A stretch of 40,919 nt of DNA from positions 1 through 40,919 of the forward strand of contig JAWBMD010000008.1 of NCBI GenBank assembly GCA_039000985.1, in the 5' to 3' direction. A program made the position numbers and the translations under genes. The stretch comes from Candidatus Aenigmatarchaeota archaeon. Lineage in GTDB: Archaea; Aenigmatarchaeota; Aenigmatarchaeia; CG10238-14; SpSt-28. Position 1 is the stretch's first letter. Every line of letters starts with the position of its first letter. This document shows positions 1 through 9,755 of this stretch, in pieces. The notes under the pieces are model-generated. The model was given only the letters and a program-made list of their open reading frames with translations. It had not been told where the DNA came from and made no database searches.

Positions 1-1
1 C

Positions 2-118
2 AGAGAGTATTTAAAAAGTAAAAATTTAAAGGAAGATAAGATTGAAATGAAATTAGATACAGAAGCTTATCTTGAAGCTAATGAAAAAGTAAAGGGATAT
101 ATTGTTAAAGTTAGCTAA
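2..118 (+). CDS. 3' end of an unknown gene entering from the left window edge
   Basis: Frame 2 is open from the edge (REYLKSKNLKEDKIEMKLDTEAYLEANEKVKGYIVKVS) to TAA at 116-118, with typical AT-rich codons. Confidence 0.45.
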   Translation, partial: REYLKSKNLKEDKIEMKLDTEAYLEANEKVKGYIVKVS

Positions 119-318
119 GATGAACAAAAATATAAACTTACATCTGCGTCGATTTCGGGCTTACAATTTAGAATCTCTACCTGTAAATGTAGAGATATTA
201 TTTTATCTCATTAATAGTAATCTCAGAAAAATAAGTGAGAGCTTTTTTAACTTTTTTAAATAAACCAAAGAAAAATAAACACAAGATAAATTCTTATCTT
301 TGCAATAACTTTATTAAT

Positions 319-1296
319 TTAAAAAGCTTTATAAGCCTTATCTACTACAGTTTTTGTGCTTATTTCATTAATTTTTATCCCATAATTTGATAAATATGAA
401 TTTAATAAATTTTTCAACGTGTCGTTATTATTAGCTAACGCATTTCCCTCAATAATTGCTTTAAATGCATATTCCGATGCATTAATAATATCTTCTTCTG
501 TAATATTTTCTACCTTACCTATTGACTCTAAATATTGTTCCATATAATTAAGTATAATAAGTGATGTAATTCCGGGAATTATTTTTACTCTATCCGCTGG
601 TGAAGAGTAATGTAAATTAAATATATTCTTTAATTCGTTCAAAATAATATTAGTTGAAAAATTGCTATTAAACATTTTGACTGTAAACTTATCTTTATTA
701 ATTATTTCATACTTCATATCTATTTTCAAGTATATTAAGTCTAACTCTTCCTTAGTAATACCTTGAAGCTTTAGATAGCCACTCTTTATATCACTTAGAC
801 CAGTTGGATAATGTTGTAAAAACTTGACTCCATCTGGAGTCAGGCCTGTAAAAAGAGTGGAAGTAATTGGGGCTAAAAGTGCAGAGTAAATTTCAAAATA
901 TCCACTTTTTTCATAAATATAGTGATTCTCAAATGGAAATGGCAGATGGAAAAATATTTTAAATCCAAGTGGAGAAAAATCAAAAAAAGTTTTATCATTA
1001 TAATCTACTATATAAATCTCAGAAGGTTTTGGTGGAAATGCTCTAAATTCTAAACCTAGAAAATTAATCAAAGGAATATCCAAACTACTTTTTATATCAT
1101 CCGCGGACATACCTGGAATTATCTTCTCTATTCCTCTTTTTTCTATTATCGCAAATTCATTTTCATTTAATACCATACAAGATTTTAATGCCGCTGAACC
1201 ACCAACCATAGCTATTGTTCCAAGTAAATATTTTAAATTGTTTGAATTTCCGCTTTCAAAAAGCTGCTGCTCGATTTTTTTAAATCGAACCTTCAT
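319..1296 (-). CDS. Divergent SPFH/Band-7 (HflC/prohibitin-like) membrane protein with insertions
   Basis: N-terminal hydrophobic anchor, then SCMVLNENEFAIIEKRG...FFHLPFPFE (SPFH1-like), ITKE...LKIDMKYEIINKDKF and LSNYGIKINEISTK (SPFH2-like). No long C-terminal coiled coil. Confidence 0.65.
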   Translation of the reverse strand: MKVRFKKIEQQLFESGNSNNLKYLLGTIAMVGGSAALKSCMVLNENEFAIIEKRGIEKIIPGMSADDIKSSLDIPLINFLGLEFRAFPPKPSEIYIVDYNDKTFFDFSPLGFKIFFHLPFPFENHYIYEKSGYFEIYSALLAPITSTLFTGLTPDGVKFLQHYPTGLSDIKSGYLKLQGITKEELDLIYLKIDMKYEIINKDKFTVKMFNSNFSTNIILNELKNIFNLHYSSPADRVKIIPGITSLIILNYMEQYLESIGKVENITEEDIINASEYAFKAIIEGNALANNNDTLKNLLNSYLSNYGIKINEISTKTVVDKAYKAF

Positions 1297-1948
1297 TTTC
1301 TATAAACTTTAGATAATCAAAATTTTTTTCTTTCATATACCATAAGAAATTTCTTAAATTTCTATTTTCTTTTGGAATTTCTTTTTTAACAATAATCTCT
1401 TTTTTTAAAGCCTTTAAAAATTTCTTTAATACATTAGCTCTTTTTAAATCACTTTTACTCCACCTATACCATAAATACCCACAAATAAGTAAAGGTGAAA
1501 CAAGAGAGGAAAATGACCAAAATGCTATTAAAGGCTGAGGTATAAAAGTAGAAAGACCAAATTCTTTCAGTCCATAGAGTGTTAAGTAATTTAAAAGATC
1601 TGTGAGAGAGGAAAAGGTTAACTGCCTATTTAAATCAAACTCTATTGTATATTTAAATGGAGCATAAAAAATAGTTGAGAAAATATATGGCAATGAAACA
1701 TAAACAAAAGAACTAACGGCAGATAATTTAAATATAATTTTGCTTTTATAATATCCAATTCTATTTTTAAGAAGATTGGAGATATAGATCTTGTCTCTTT
1801 CATCACAATTTCCAAAAACAACCAACTTTTTACATTCATCTAATCTATCAAAATTATCAGGTATTAAATATCTATTACCATCTTTCTCAACAGAATAAAG
1901 TATGGCAATCTTGTCTTTATCTTCCATTTTTAGAATAAATTTCATCAA
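1280..1948 (-). CDS. Hypothetical membrane protein (2 hydrophobic segments)
   Basis: 222-aa ORF overlapping both neighbours; hydrophobic stretches at about aa 70-95 and 135-160, followed by a basic helix. Confidence 0.75.
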   Translation of the reverse strand: MMKFILKMEDKDKIAILYSVEKDGNRYLIPDNFDRLDECKKLVVFGNCDERDKIYISNLLKNRIGYYKSKIIFKLSAVSSFVYVSLPYIFSTIFYAPFKYTIEFDLNRQLTFSSLTDLLNYLTLYGLKEFGLSTFIPQPLIAFWSFSSLVSPLLICGYLWYRWSKSDLKRANVLKKFLKALKKEIIVKKEIPKENRNLRNFLWYMKEKNFDYLKFIENEGSI

Positions 1949-3929
1949 TTCCTAATGTTAATGCTTCTACAGCATATATTTGTTGTCTAACTCTTTCCCA
2001 AATTCCTCTACTGAAATCAGTTAATTGGGGAAATGTTTCTGTTGTTATTCCAAGCATAGCTCCTCGTCTAACTGCTTCTCTAGTTCTAACATATATCTCA
2101 CCATCTCTTAGTAAAGGACCATCTATTGTAGTTGCATCACTTATTGGAAGTAATTGCGGTAATATGGAAACGGTTTTTACAAGCCCAGGATTTATCAACT
2201 TTACTTTTTCATTTCTAAAATAATTCTCCATGTACTTTATTAATTTAAAATCTTTTGAATCTCTCAAAATTGCTTCAGCCCTTTCTATATCATACTTTGG
2301 TCTAATAAAAAACATAGAAATTGGACTTTCTCTCATTATCTCTTCTATCATTTTATACTTTCTTTCAATAGTTGGTGAATCTAGAATAAAAAGTATTCCC
2401 TCATTACCATAAAATAAATCGGCACCATCTGAGTTTGTTTCATGTAAATCTATTACAACAGTTTTTTCATCCATAATCCTTTTGAAAAACGCTTGCTCTC
2501 TAGCTATAAATTCTGCTTGTATATCATCACCTCTAACTCCATTTTCGTCTCTTATAATTTTTCCTCCATATTCGAAAGGTATTACAGCTGGCTCTAGATG
2601 TAAAGGTGTTATTTGTTTTGGTAATATTTTGGATTTTTTCTCACTTAAATTTAAAATTCTTTTATATTCCTCTACTAAACTATTTCTTAACTCTCCATTA
2701 ATTCCTCCAATGATATTCCTAGGTAATCTAAGTATTTCAGAATTTTCTGTAACAACTGTCCATGACTTTTTATTATAACCAATGGTATCATCAACAGGCA
2801 TTATATAAAACTTAAATCTCTCCAATATATATTCTGTATACTTTCCATTATATTGGCATAAACTTTTTATTAACCAAGCACATGCCAATTCCCCAGCTGT
2901 CTCATCTTCATGACCAGTACAGACAATAACTTTATAATCAGGTCTTCTAGCACCTATAGAAAAAACACTTCTATTTCCTTCTGAAGTTTCTTCTATAACT
3001 ATTTCTTCAACAGTCCTAAAACCTTTTTTAATTTCTTCCTTTATTCGATTATATAAATTTTTATAATCATGAAAACAAGTTTGCAAGAATTCTCTAGTGG
3101 GTTCCGTATCAAATAATTTATTATTTGCTTCTTTTATGTATGTTGTACTTCCATTAAGTCTTTCGCTTTTGAATGTTGAACCATCATATTGTCCCTTTCT
3201 AATAACACCCCCCTTCTTTATAACAGAAAGCGTGTGAAATGGGGAAGAACGTAACCTAACCACATCATTCTGCATATCCATATCTCTGAAAAATGTGTAT
3301 AATAGATGATTTCCAGCTTTCCAAGCGAGCTTTTTTCCCTCAAACCATTCTTTTTTCTCAATTAATTGAGAAAATTTATTAAAGCTATCATCCTCAATTA
3401 TAGAAAACTTTAATCCGGAAATGTCATCCACAAATTCCATATTTTTATTCATACTTTTTCCCAAACTTCTAAAAAGACGACCTCTTCCAAGCATATAATA
3501 CAATGCGGCCGGTACAGCTGGTAAAGCATATGGAGAACCAAAAGAGCTTATTAAAAGAAATGCTGGTATAAATACTGAAATAAAGAAATGGGAGCCTACA
3601 ATAGTAGTATTTAAATTGATTATTTCATCCAATAATTTTTTATATATTCTTATGTTTTTCTCATAATTATCCTTGTAAATATCTTCAATTCTTTGCAAAT
3701 CTATTTTCGAATTCGTTAAAACCTTAAGCGGATATTTGTAATAGTAGTATAAGCTTAAGGGAGCTAACAATTCAGATGCTAAATGTTCCAATTTTTTACT
3801 AATAGAAAAATAACTAAGAAGCCCGCTTGATAGACCATACTGCAATAGAAGTAATGCATTTTTATTTATTAGTGGGTCGTGAAAATACAAAGCTTCGTTC
3901 TTATTTCTTAATAATATGCCTATTGACAT
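1917..3929 (-). CDS. Membrane-anchored M14-family (zinc carboxypeptidase / deacylase fold) protein
   Basis: N-terminal TM segments; VCTGHEDETAG (HxxE), FYIMPVDDTIGY, VVIDLHE (third Zn ligand) and ITTETF (catalytic Glu region) occur in M14 order. Confidence 0.75.
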   Translation of the reverse strand: MSIGILLRNKNEALYFHDPLINKNALLLLQYGLSSGLLSYFSISKKLEHLASELLAPLSLYYYYKYPLKVLTNSKIDLQRIEDIYKDNYEKNIRIYKKLLDEIINLNTTIVGSHFFISVFIPAFLLISSFGSPYALPAVPAALYYMLGRGRLFRSLGKSMNKNMEFVDDISGLKFSIIEDDSFNKFSQLIEKKEWFEGKKLAWKAGNHLLYTFFRDMDMQNDVVRLRSSPFHTLSVIKKGGVIRKGQYDGSTFKSERLNGSTTYIKEANNKLFDTEPTREFLQTCFHDYKNLYNRIKEEIKKGFRTVEEIVIEETSEGNRSVFSIGARRPDYKVIVCTGHEDETAGELACAWLIKSLCQYNGKYTEYILERFKFYIMPVDDTIGYNKKSWTVVTENSEILRLPRNIIGGINGELRNSLVEEYKRILNLSEKKSKILPKQITPLHLEPAVIPFEYGGKIIRDENGVRGDDIQAEFIAREQAFFKRIMDEKTVVIDLHETNSDGADLFYGNEGILFILDSPTIERKYKMIEEIMRESPISMFFIRPKYDIERAEAILRDSKDFKLIKYMENYFRNEKVKLINPGLVKTVSILPQLLPISDATTIDGPLLRDGEIYVRTREAVRRGAMLGITTETFPQLTDFSRGIWERVRQQIYAVEALTLGIDEIYSKNGR

Positions 3930-4804
3930 GATTCTATTGAATATGATATACTTAACTTCCTTGGTAAGCCATAAGTATAGCTAAATATATTTTTCAAGTA
4001 ATTAAAAAACTTCTTTACTTTTTTCTTTATTCCCCCTTCTTCTCTAATACCTAAATAAGTAGATAACATACCAAAATCTTCAGTACTATAAATACCATCT
4101 TTAGTAAATTTTTTGAAGTATTCTATAATTTTTTCTTTATCCTTCATATCACTATTTTCAACATATCTTATTAGCTTTTCGAATGTTTGATCAATGCTCT
4201 GATTGTAAGTGTCTTTGTATATACTATGAATCTCTTCCATATTTTTATCGTAAGTCTCTTTAACATAGAATTTACTATCAGTTAATATTTTTTCTATTTT
4301 ATTTTTCCTTTTCTCATACCTTGACATAAGTAAAAGTTTTGGTATAACAAAAGCACCAACTATAGGGAATGCTATGAAACCACCAAAAAATATAGCTGTA
4401 TTGATTATACCTAAATAAATATTTAAGTAATTCTCATATAAGCCTAAAAATATAAGACTCTCCCCTAACCAGGAAAAAAATGCTCCAATTTCAAGAGCTC
4501 CTAAAGTTCCAAGAAGATATAAAGCTTTTCTTTTAGTTCTAGCCCATTTTGCAATGTTTAAATGAGTACAATATTTACTTAACTGCATTTTAATTCCCTC
4601 TACAATAGACTCCTTTATATAAGTAGGAATTTCTCCTCTTAGTTTTGATGTATAAATATAAACATTTATATTTCGACTAGCTTCTTCAATTTTATCCAAA
4701 TCTATATCATCCAAAAGCACTAAAACATTGGAATTTAAACCTGATGGTAAATCATAAAGTTCTATTTCATCAAGATTCCTCTTTGACATCCTATCTTCAA
4801 ACAT
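3920..4804 (-). CDS. Hypothetical membrane protein (hydrophobic hairpin)
   Basis: 294-aa ORF with two hydrophobic segments at about aa 95-160; overlaps the downstream gene by 10 nt. Confidence 0.8.
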   Translation of the reverse strand: MFEDRMSKRNLDEIELYDLPSGLNSNVLVLLDDIDLDKIEEASRNINVYIYTSKLRGEIPTYIKESIVEGIKMQLSKYCTHLNIAKWARTKRKALYLLGTLGALEIGAFFSWLGESLIFLGLYENYLNIYLGIINTAIFFGGFIAFPIVGAFVIPKLLLMSRYEKRKNKIEKILTDSKFYVKETYDKNMEEIHSIYKDTYNQSIDQTFEKLIRYVENSDMKDKEKIIEYFKKFTKDGIYSTEDFGMLSTYLGIREEGGIKKKVKKFFNYLKNIFSYTYGLPRKLSISYSIESCQ

Positions 4805-4904
4805 TCTATATTAAATTTTTGTGTAAAAAAGCATAAATTTATAAGTAAAACTAATTAAACAAATTTTTAACCTATTGAAAAATAAATAAATATTGGAATA
4901 AATC

Positions 4905-5987
4905 TTAGAAGGGACCATATTCTGTACTTTGTTGATCGGATATCCACTTTAAATATTCAGCATATTTACCTCTCATCTTAGCATTTTTCTCAGAAAATGT
5001 ACCGAACACTGAATATTTAGAAATATCCTTAAGATTATTATCTATAATGTTCAGACCATCGGCATTATAAAAGGCTATTCTCATAATACTCTCTAAATCC
5101 GATATTGTCTTCCTTAAATTTTCAAGATAAGAATAATCTTTTAAAAAAGGATTCCTCATTTCTCCAATAGAAAACCATAATATCAATCTTTTATCTGGGA
5201 ACATTTTTCTAACCAAACTTAATCTTTTCTCAATAGCATCAAGAGGGAGTGAAAAATCAGCTAACACAAGAAAATCAAGATGAGAAAAAATTTTATTCAT
5301 TCTCTCTAATGTTTTTATTAAATTAAGTTCATTCTTTAATAGTTTTGAATTATATGAAATATCTGGATACCCACCTTTTTCGTAGTTAACACCAATGGAA
5401 GCACCAAGCCTTATATCATATAATTTAACTCTATTAATGAGATTAACCACTTCATTATAAGATAAATTTGGAGAAGAATCTATTGAATCTAACTGTATCC
5501 ATACATTTTTATTTGTCTCCTGAGCTTCTATTGATTGATTAATTATTTTTCCTATTTCGCTCTCTCCATATTCACTTGAAAATATTATTCTATTACAAAG
5601 TTTAAGATCTAAAGCTTTTAAATCTCTAGATAATCTTTCAACAAAAGCATCTTTTTCATTACCAAGGTATTTATAAATATCTCCAAAATAGGGAGCAAAA
5701 CAAAGTATATTAGCAAAACTATATCTTGTAATCTTCGCCCAGTTATAGCTTTTAAGTATACTATCCTCTGCAGTACTTCTCAACGCGAATGAGGGTAAAG
5801 ATCTAAAATTTTTCCAACTATCCTCTCTATTGAAGTAACATTCCAAATTTAGAAAAATATCAAAATCATCTCTATACCCAATTTCCTTGATAATCTCATC
5901 GATTTCATTTCCAAGTAAATATCCTAAATACAAAGATGTCAAAGATGAAACACCTATTTTCAAAAAATCTCTTCTATTTACTTTCAT
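4905..5987 (-). CDS. Twin-arginine (Tat) signal/anchor protein, possible alpha/beta-barrel extracellular domain
   Basis: N-terminus VNRRDFLK plus hydrophobic helix; alternating strand/helix pattern (NVWIQLD, LGASIGV, LDFLVLAD, RLILWFS, ADGLNII). Confidence 0.7.
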   Translation of the reverse strand: MKVNRRDFLKIGVSSLTSLYLGYLLGNEIDEIIKEIGYRDDFDIFLNLECYFNREDSWKNFRSLPSFALRSTAEDSILKSYNWAKITRYSFANILCFAPYFGDIYKYLGNEKDAFVERLSRDLKALDLKLCNRIIFSSEYGESEIGKIINQSIEAQETNKNVWIQLDSIDSSPNLSYNEVVNLINRVKLYDIRLGASIGVNYEKGGYPDISYNSKLLKNELNLIKTLERMNKIFSHLDFLVLADFSLPLDAIEKRLSLVRKMFPDKRLILWFSIGEMRNPFLKDYSYLENLRKTISDLESIMRIAFYNADGLNIIDNNLKDISKYSVFGTFSEKNAKMRGKYAEYLKWISDQQSTEYGPF

Positions 5988-6546
5988 ATTTTCTTAAATA
6001 TTTTTCCAATGCATCTTTTCTTCTCTTTTCAAAATACTCTAGCTTTTCATCTAATTCCCTTCTTGCTCTCTCTATACTTTTCTGTTCTTCCAAAAATTCT
6101 TTAACTTCTTTTTCATATGGTGTGATTTTCCTTAATATAAACTCTTCTAACTTTGAAAATACCTTTGAAAGTGAAAGAAATGTAGTTGGATATATTTTAT
6201 TAAATATTGCTCCAATCAGCCTCCAACAATCCAAAACTAAATAATAACCTAAATAGTTAATTAACTCTCGTGATATTATAATTTTGCCTACATAATATGA
6301 GGAATATTTAGTTGACTGAAATACAATTACATGCTCCACATTATATTTATTCAGAGACAAAAGAAAACCTAAACTCGAATAAAAACTCGAACCAATTATA
6401 GTAGCCAATTGAGGATCAAAATATTTAAACTTTCTTTTTCCCCAATCCGGAAAAAAGGAAAGGGGTGTAACGTAAAGTAATGGGGTTAATATTTTTTCTA
6501 TCAAATCCCTTCTGTATTTTTTCTTTTTACTTATTTCTTCTTCCAT
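5974..6546 (-). CDS. Hypothetical membrane protein with C-terminal coiled coil
   Basis: 2-3 hydrophobic segments and a charged helical tail (EKEVKEFLEEQKSIERARRELDEKLE); overlaps both neighbours. Confidence 0.75.
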   Translation of the reverse strand: MEEEISKKKKYRRDLIEKILTPLLYVTPLSFFPDWGKRKFKYFDPQLATIIGSSFYSSLGFLLSLNKYNVEHVIVFQSTKYSSYYVGKIIISRELINYLGYYLVLDCWRLIGAIFNKIYPTTFLSLSKVFSKLEEFILRKITPYEKEVKEFLEEQKSIERARRELDEKLEYFEKRRKDALEKYLRKYESK

Positions 6547-8515
6547 ATTCTATTTCTTCAAACAACTTATTTAAATCTTCAACAGAAACTATATTTGTTT
6601 TAATAAAATCCCTTATGTATTCTTTATTTACTTTATATTCCAGATCTTCTTTTGATACTATAACTTTTTTATTCTTCAAAATATTCTTCGTATAAAACAT
6701 ACGTAAATTTAAAAGTGGTAACTTACTTGTTTCTCCAAAACTATTAATATTTAAAGCTATAATATTACTCAAATCTATTTTAAATTCTTTCAATGCAGAA
6801 TATGCTGCAATATACATACCAGCTAGTAGAGTCTCGTCATTTGAAAGACATGGAACAGAAATATATATGTCATTATCTTTAATTTCTTTATGAAGTAAAC
6901 TTTTCAGAGAATTGGTATAGAATTTAATTTCATCTTCACTCAAACCACGAGTTATTATATTTATATCTCCCTTCCCATTTTTTTTGATAACTGCTTTTAT
7001 TGGTATCACATAAGAAATATAGTCTTCGTTAGAAACATGTATCTCTAAAGTGCCGCTTTCACTTGCCTCTCTATGTAAATATTTACAAATTACATTACAC
7101 TTTCCAATATCCGAACCACTTGTTTTGATATTATAGCTATTATATAGCTCTTCGATCTTTGCTATTGCACTTGTTTGAGTTACTGTTAACATTTTTTCTA
7201 ATGCCTTTCTAACATCACTCTTTTCTATTAATTCTTTCTCATTATCCTCTAAGTAAGTTGGAATAGAAAATATCTTTCTACTTACATATAACTTACTTCT
7301 ATCATCAGCTAAAAACTCGCAATAGTTAACAATTTCTTTTAAAGCATTTATACTAAAGTTTAAATGTTTATATCTATAGCTCAACAAAAGCATTAAATGC
7401 CTTCTATTTCTTTTATTATTTTCCACCTCATTTCTAACTTCTAAAACAACAAAATAACGAGTTTTTGCTCTTAAAACTTCTTTAATGTTTGAAATTCTAT
7501 CTGGATTTAAAGTGAAGAAAAAGAATGGGTATATTATTTGCGTATAAGAATCACCTAAATTTGATACATCTTTCTTCTTTTCTTCTATTACCTGAGCTAT
7601 AAGTTCTTGTGTTTCTTGGGTTAATTCATGTAAGTTTTCTACTGCAAATACATTTCCATGAAATTTTAAAAGAGCTGGATTAATAACAAATCTATTCTGT
7701 GGTGGTTTATCAGACAATGCATGGTCATATTTTCCTAATAAAAATTCCCCAGAATCTATTTTCCCTATTAATGCTTCTGGTACATCTGCTGTACTTGCAA
7801 TAATATTTGGTAAATTATTTTCTACTCTTTTTTTAAAGTAACTAAGTGTATAGTATATTCCTACTAAAGTCAAAAACTCTCCTATTTGAAGATATCTTGG
7901 AAGATCGTACCATAAATTCAGACCTATATTAAAAAGAGTATTTGGAATAAAATTAGAAAACCAGAAAATAAACCCAATAGTCTGATAAAGGAGGAAAAAA
8001 CCTGCTGAACCCAAAATTGCTTTCAAAAGAATGCTTTTTATTTTATCTATTTTTCTTATTCTTCTAATTTTAGCCTCTCTCAATTGTATGCCATAAGGAT
8101 GTTCGTATCTTTTTATTACAAAACCGAGTGGCATTGTTTTATCTATTTCTGCAACATAATCAAAACCTTTTATTCCTAACTCTTCCAGCATCTCCCTTAT
8201 CCATATTTGAGCAAGTTGCATTTCTCTACTTTTAGCAGAACCGTATTTTCCAATAAGAACAATTCCTATTGGATTAAAATTGTTCCTTATTTTATCAATC
8301 TCCTTTGGATTATAATCTACTTTCTTCATTTCATTTTCAAAATAATAAAAATTTTGTACATACTTCTTACATTGTTCTCTAATTATTCTTTTCTCTTCTT
8401 CATGACCAACAATTGGGTCTTGTTCAGCAAATTGAAGTGGTATGTCAAAAGATTGCTCAACAGAATTCCAAAATTCATCATTCATTAAAAATTCTTCCAG
8501 AGATACTCTCTCCAT
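6527..8515 (-). CDS. Archaeal LonB-like membrane AAA+/Lon-fold protein with degenerate catalytic motifs
   Basis: Collinear with LonB: DPIVGHE, IVLIGKYGSAKS (Walker A), two TM helices inside the AAA domain, FLLGKYDH...KPPQNR, HGNVFAVENL (Walker B position), IKTSGSDIGKCN (start of protease domain), YSAL...GE. Confidence 0.85.
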   Translation of the reverse strand: MERVSLEEFLMNDEFWNSVEQSFDIPLQFAEQDPIVGHEEEKRIIREQCKKYVQNFYYFENEMKKVDYNPKEIDKIRNNFNPIGIVLIGKYGSAKSREMQLAQIWIREMLEELGIKGFDYVAEIDKTMPLGFVIKRYEHPYGIQLREAKIRRIRKIDKIKSILLKAILGSAGFFLLYQTIGFIFWFSNFIPNTLFNIGLNLWYDLPRYLQIGEFLTLVGIYYTLSYFKKRVENNLPNIIASTADVPEALIGKIDSGEFLLGKYDHALSDKPPQNRFVINPALLKFHGNVFAVENLHELTQETQELIAQVIEEKKKDVSNLGDSYTQIIYPFFFFTLNPDRISNIKEVLRAKTRYFVVLEVRNEVENNKRNRRHLMLLLSYRYKHLNFSINALKEIVNYCEFLADDRSKLYVSRKIFSIPTYLEDNEKELIEKSDVRKALEKMLTVTQTSAIAKIEELYNSYNIKTSGSDIGKCNVICKYLHREASESGTLEIHVSNEDYISYVIPIKAVIKKNGKGDINIITRGLSEDEIKFYTNSLKSLLHKEIKDNDIYISVPCLSNDETLLAGMYIAAYSALKEFKIDLSNIIALNINSFGETSKLPLLNLRMFYTKNILKNKKVIVSKEDLEYKVNKEYIRDFIKTNIVSVEDLNKLFEEIEYGRRNK

Positions 8516-8658
8516 TTATCCTAATTTTTCTTTATACTTTAAAATATTTAAGTAAACTACATCTTATGTAAATTTTTGTTAAATAAACTGTTAAAAATGT
8601 AAAAATACATTTAATAGAATATAACCAACTATTTAAACTTTACCAAATATATTATTTT

Positions 8659-9750
8659 ATGCAAATAAAATTAAGAGAAATTAAACAATCACTATATGAA
8701 TCTAGTCATATAAATTTATCAAAGATTGTATTGGCATCATCTTTAGCTGTTTGTGGAGCTTCTCTTACCTCTTCTATTTATGTTGTAAAAAATGGAGATG
8801 ACGCAATAATCGAAAACAAAATAACGGGAGAAAAAAATCTTGTTGAAAAAGATGGTTTATATTTTCATTTGCCATTTATAGAAACACATGTAATAATAAA
8901 AGATCTTTTGACACAGCCTATAGTGGAACACTATATAAAATTGTACCAAAAGGAACTGGGTAACTATATTCAAAAAATAAATCCTATTCTAGATGAAGAT
9001 GATTGGAAGGAAATTATGAATATTTATAAAACAAATGATATGAATGAATTAAAATACATGATAGGCGAAGATATTTTTATTTTACAAAATTTTGGAGTTA
9101 TAACAGAAAGATTACATAAAGCTATCGAATTATATAAAGATAACATCGTAAATTCAGTAATAGAAAATAAAAGCATTTTAAATGCTCTGAATAAAAACTT
9201 CCATAGTATTAATGGAAAGGCAATAATACCAGAAAAATATTTTGCTGCTCCTACTGGAGGTTATGCGATTGCAGCATATGACAATATTAATTTAAGTGTT
9301 AATATTTCTGCAGAAGTCTTACTTTTATCACTTACTTCTTATGTTGGAAATTCGATGAAAGAAGATATAACATTAGCTGAAACATTAATAAGAAATGCTT
9401 TGATACATGAAATAATTCACGCTAATGGAATTTATGATGAAAGAGATACTCAAATTTTAACACTTAAAGTTCTAGAAGATGCTAGCTTAACTGATGAAAA
9501 CTTAAAGCTTAATATAGGATTGCATATCGATGAAGGATTAATAGGATTACTATATAGTCTGGAGAGAAGTATAGATACCCCTCTAGGAAAATATATTGCA
9601 GAAAAACAAAATTCCTATAATGTTGAATTCATTAAACAAATAATGATAGCATCTCTAACAGATAATAAAATATACATAAAAGAAAATGGTAAAAGAATTG
9701 AATTCGAAAATAACTACTTCCCAAATTTATCTTCTTTTGTTAAAAAATAA
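8659..9750 (+). CDS. Membrane-anchored protein: SPFH-like N-terminal module plus HEXXH zinc-metallopeptidase-like domain
   Basis: TM then SIYVVKNGDDAIIENKITGE...DGLYFHLPFIE (HflK/C-type N-terminus); later ALIHEIIHANGIYDE (HEXXH plus nearby Glu). Confidence 0.7.
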   Translation: MQIKLREIKQSLYESSHINLSKIVLASSLAVCGASLTSSIYVVKNGDDAIIENKITGEKNLVEKDGLYFHLPFIETHVIIKDLLTQPIVEHYIKLYQKELGNYIQKINPILDEDDWKEIMNIYKTNDMNELKYMIGEDIFILQNFGVITERLHKAIELYKDNIVNSVIENKSILNALNKNFHSINGKAIIPEKYFAAPTGGYAIAAYDNINLSVNISAEVLLLSLTSYVGNSMKEDITLAETLIRNALIHEIIHANGIYDERDTQILTLKVLEDASLTDENLKLNIGLHIDEGLIGLLYSLERSIDTPLGKYIAEKQNSYNVEFIKQIMIASLTDNKIYIKENGKRIEFENNYFPNLSSFVKK

Positions 9751-9755
9751 AATTT

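Noticed and set aside
120..263. Short ORF after the edge gene
   Set aside because: 47 codons with no recognisable motif, so it cannot be supported.
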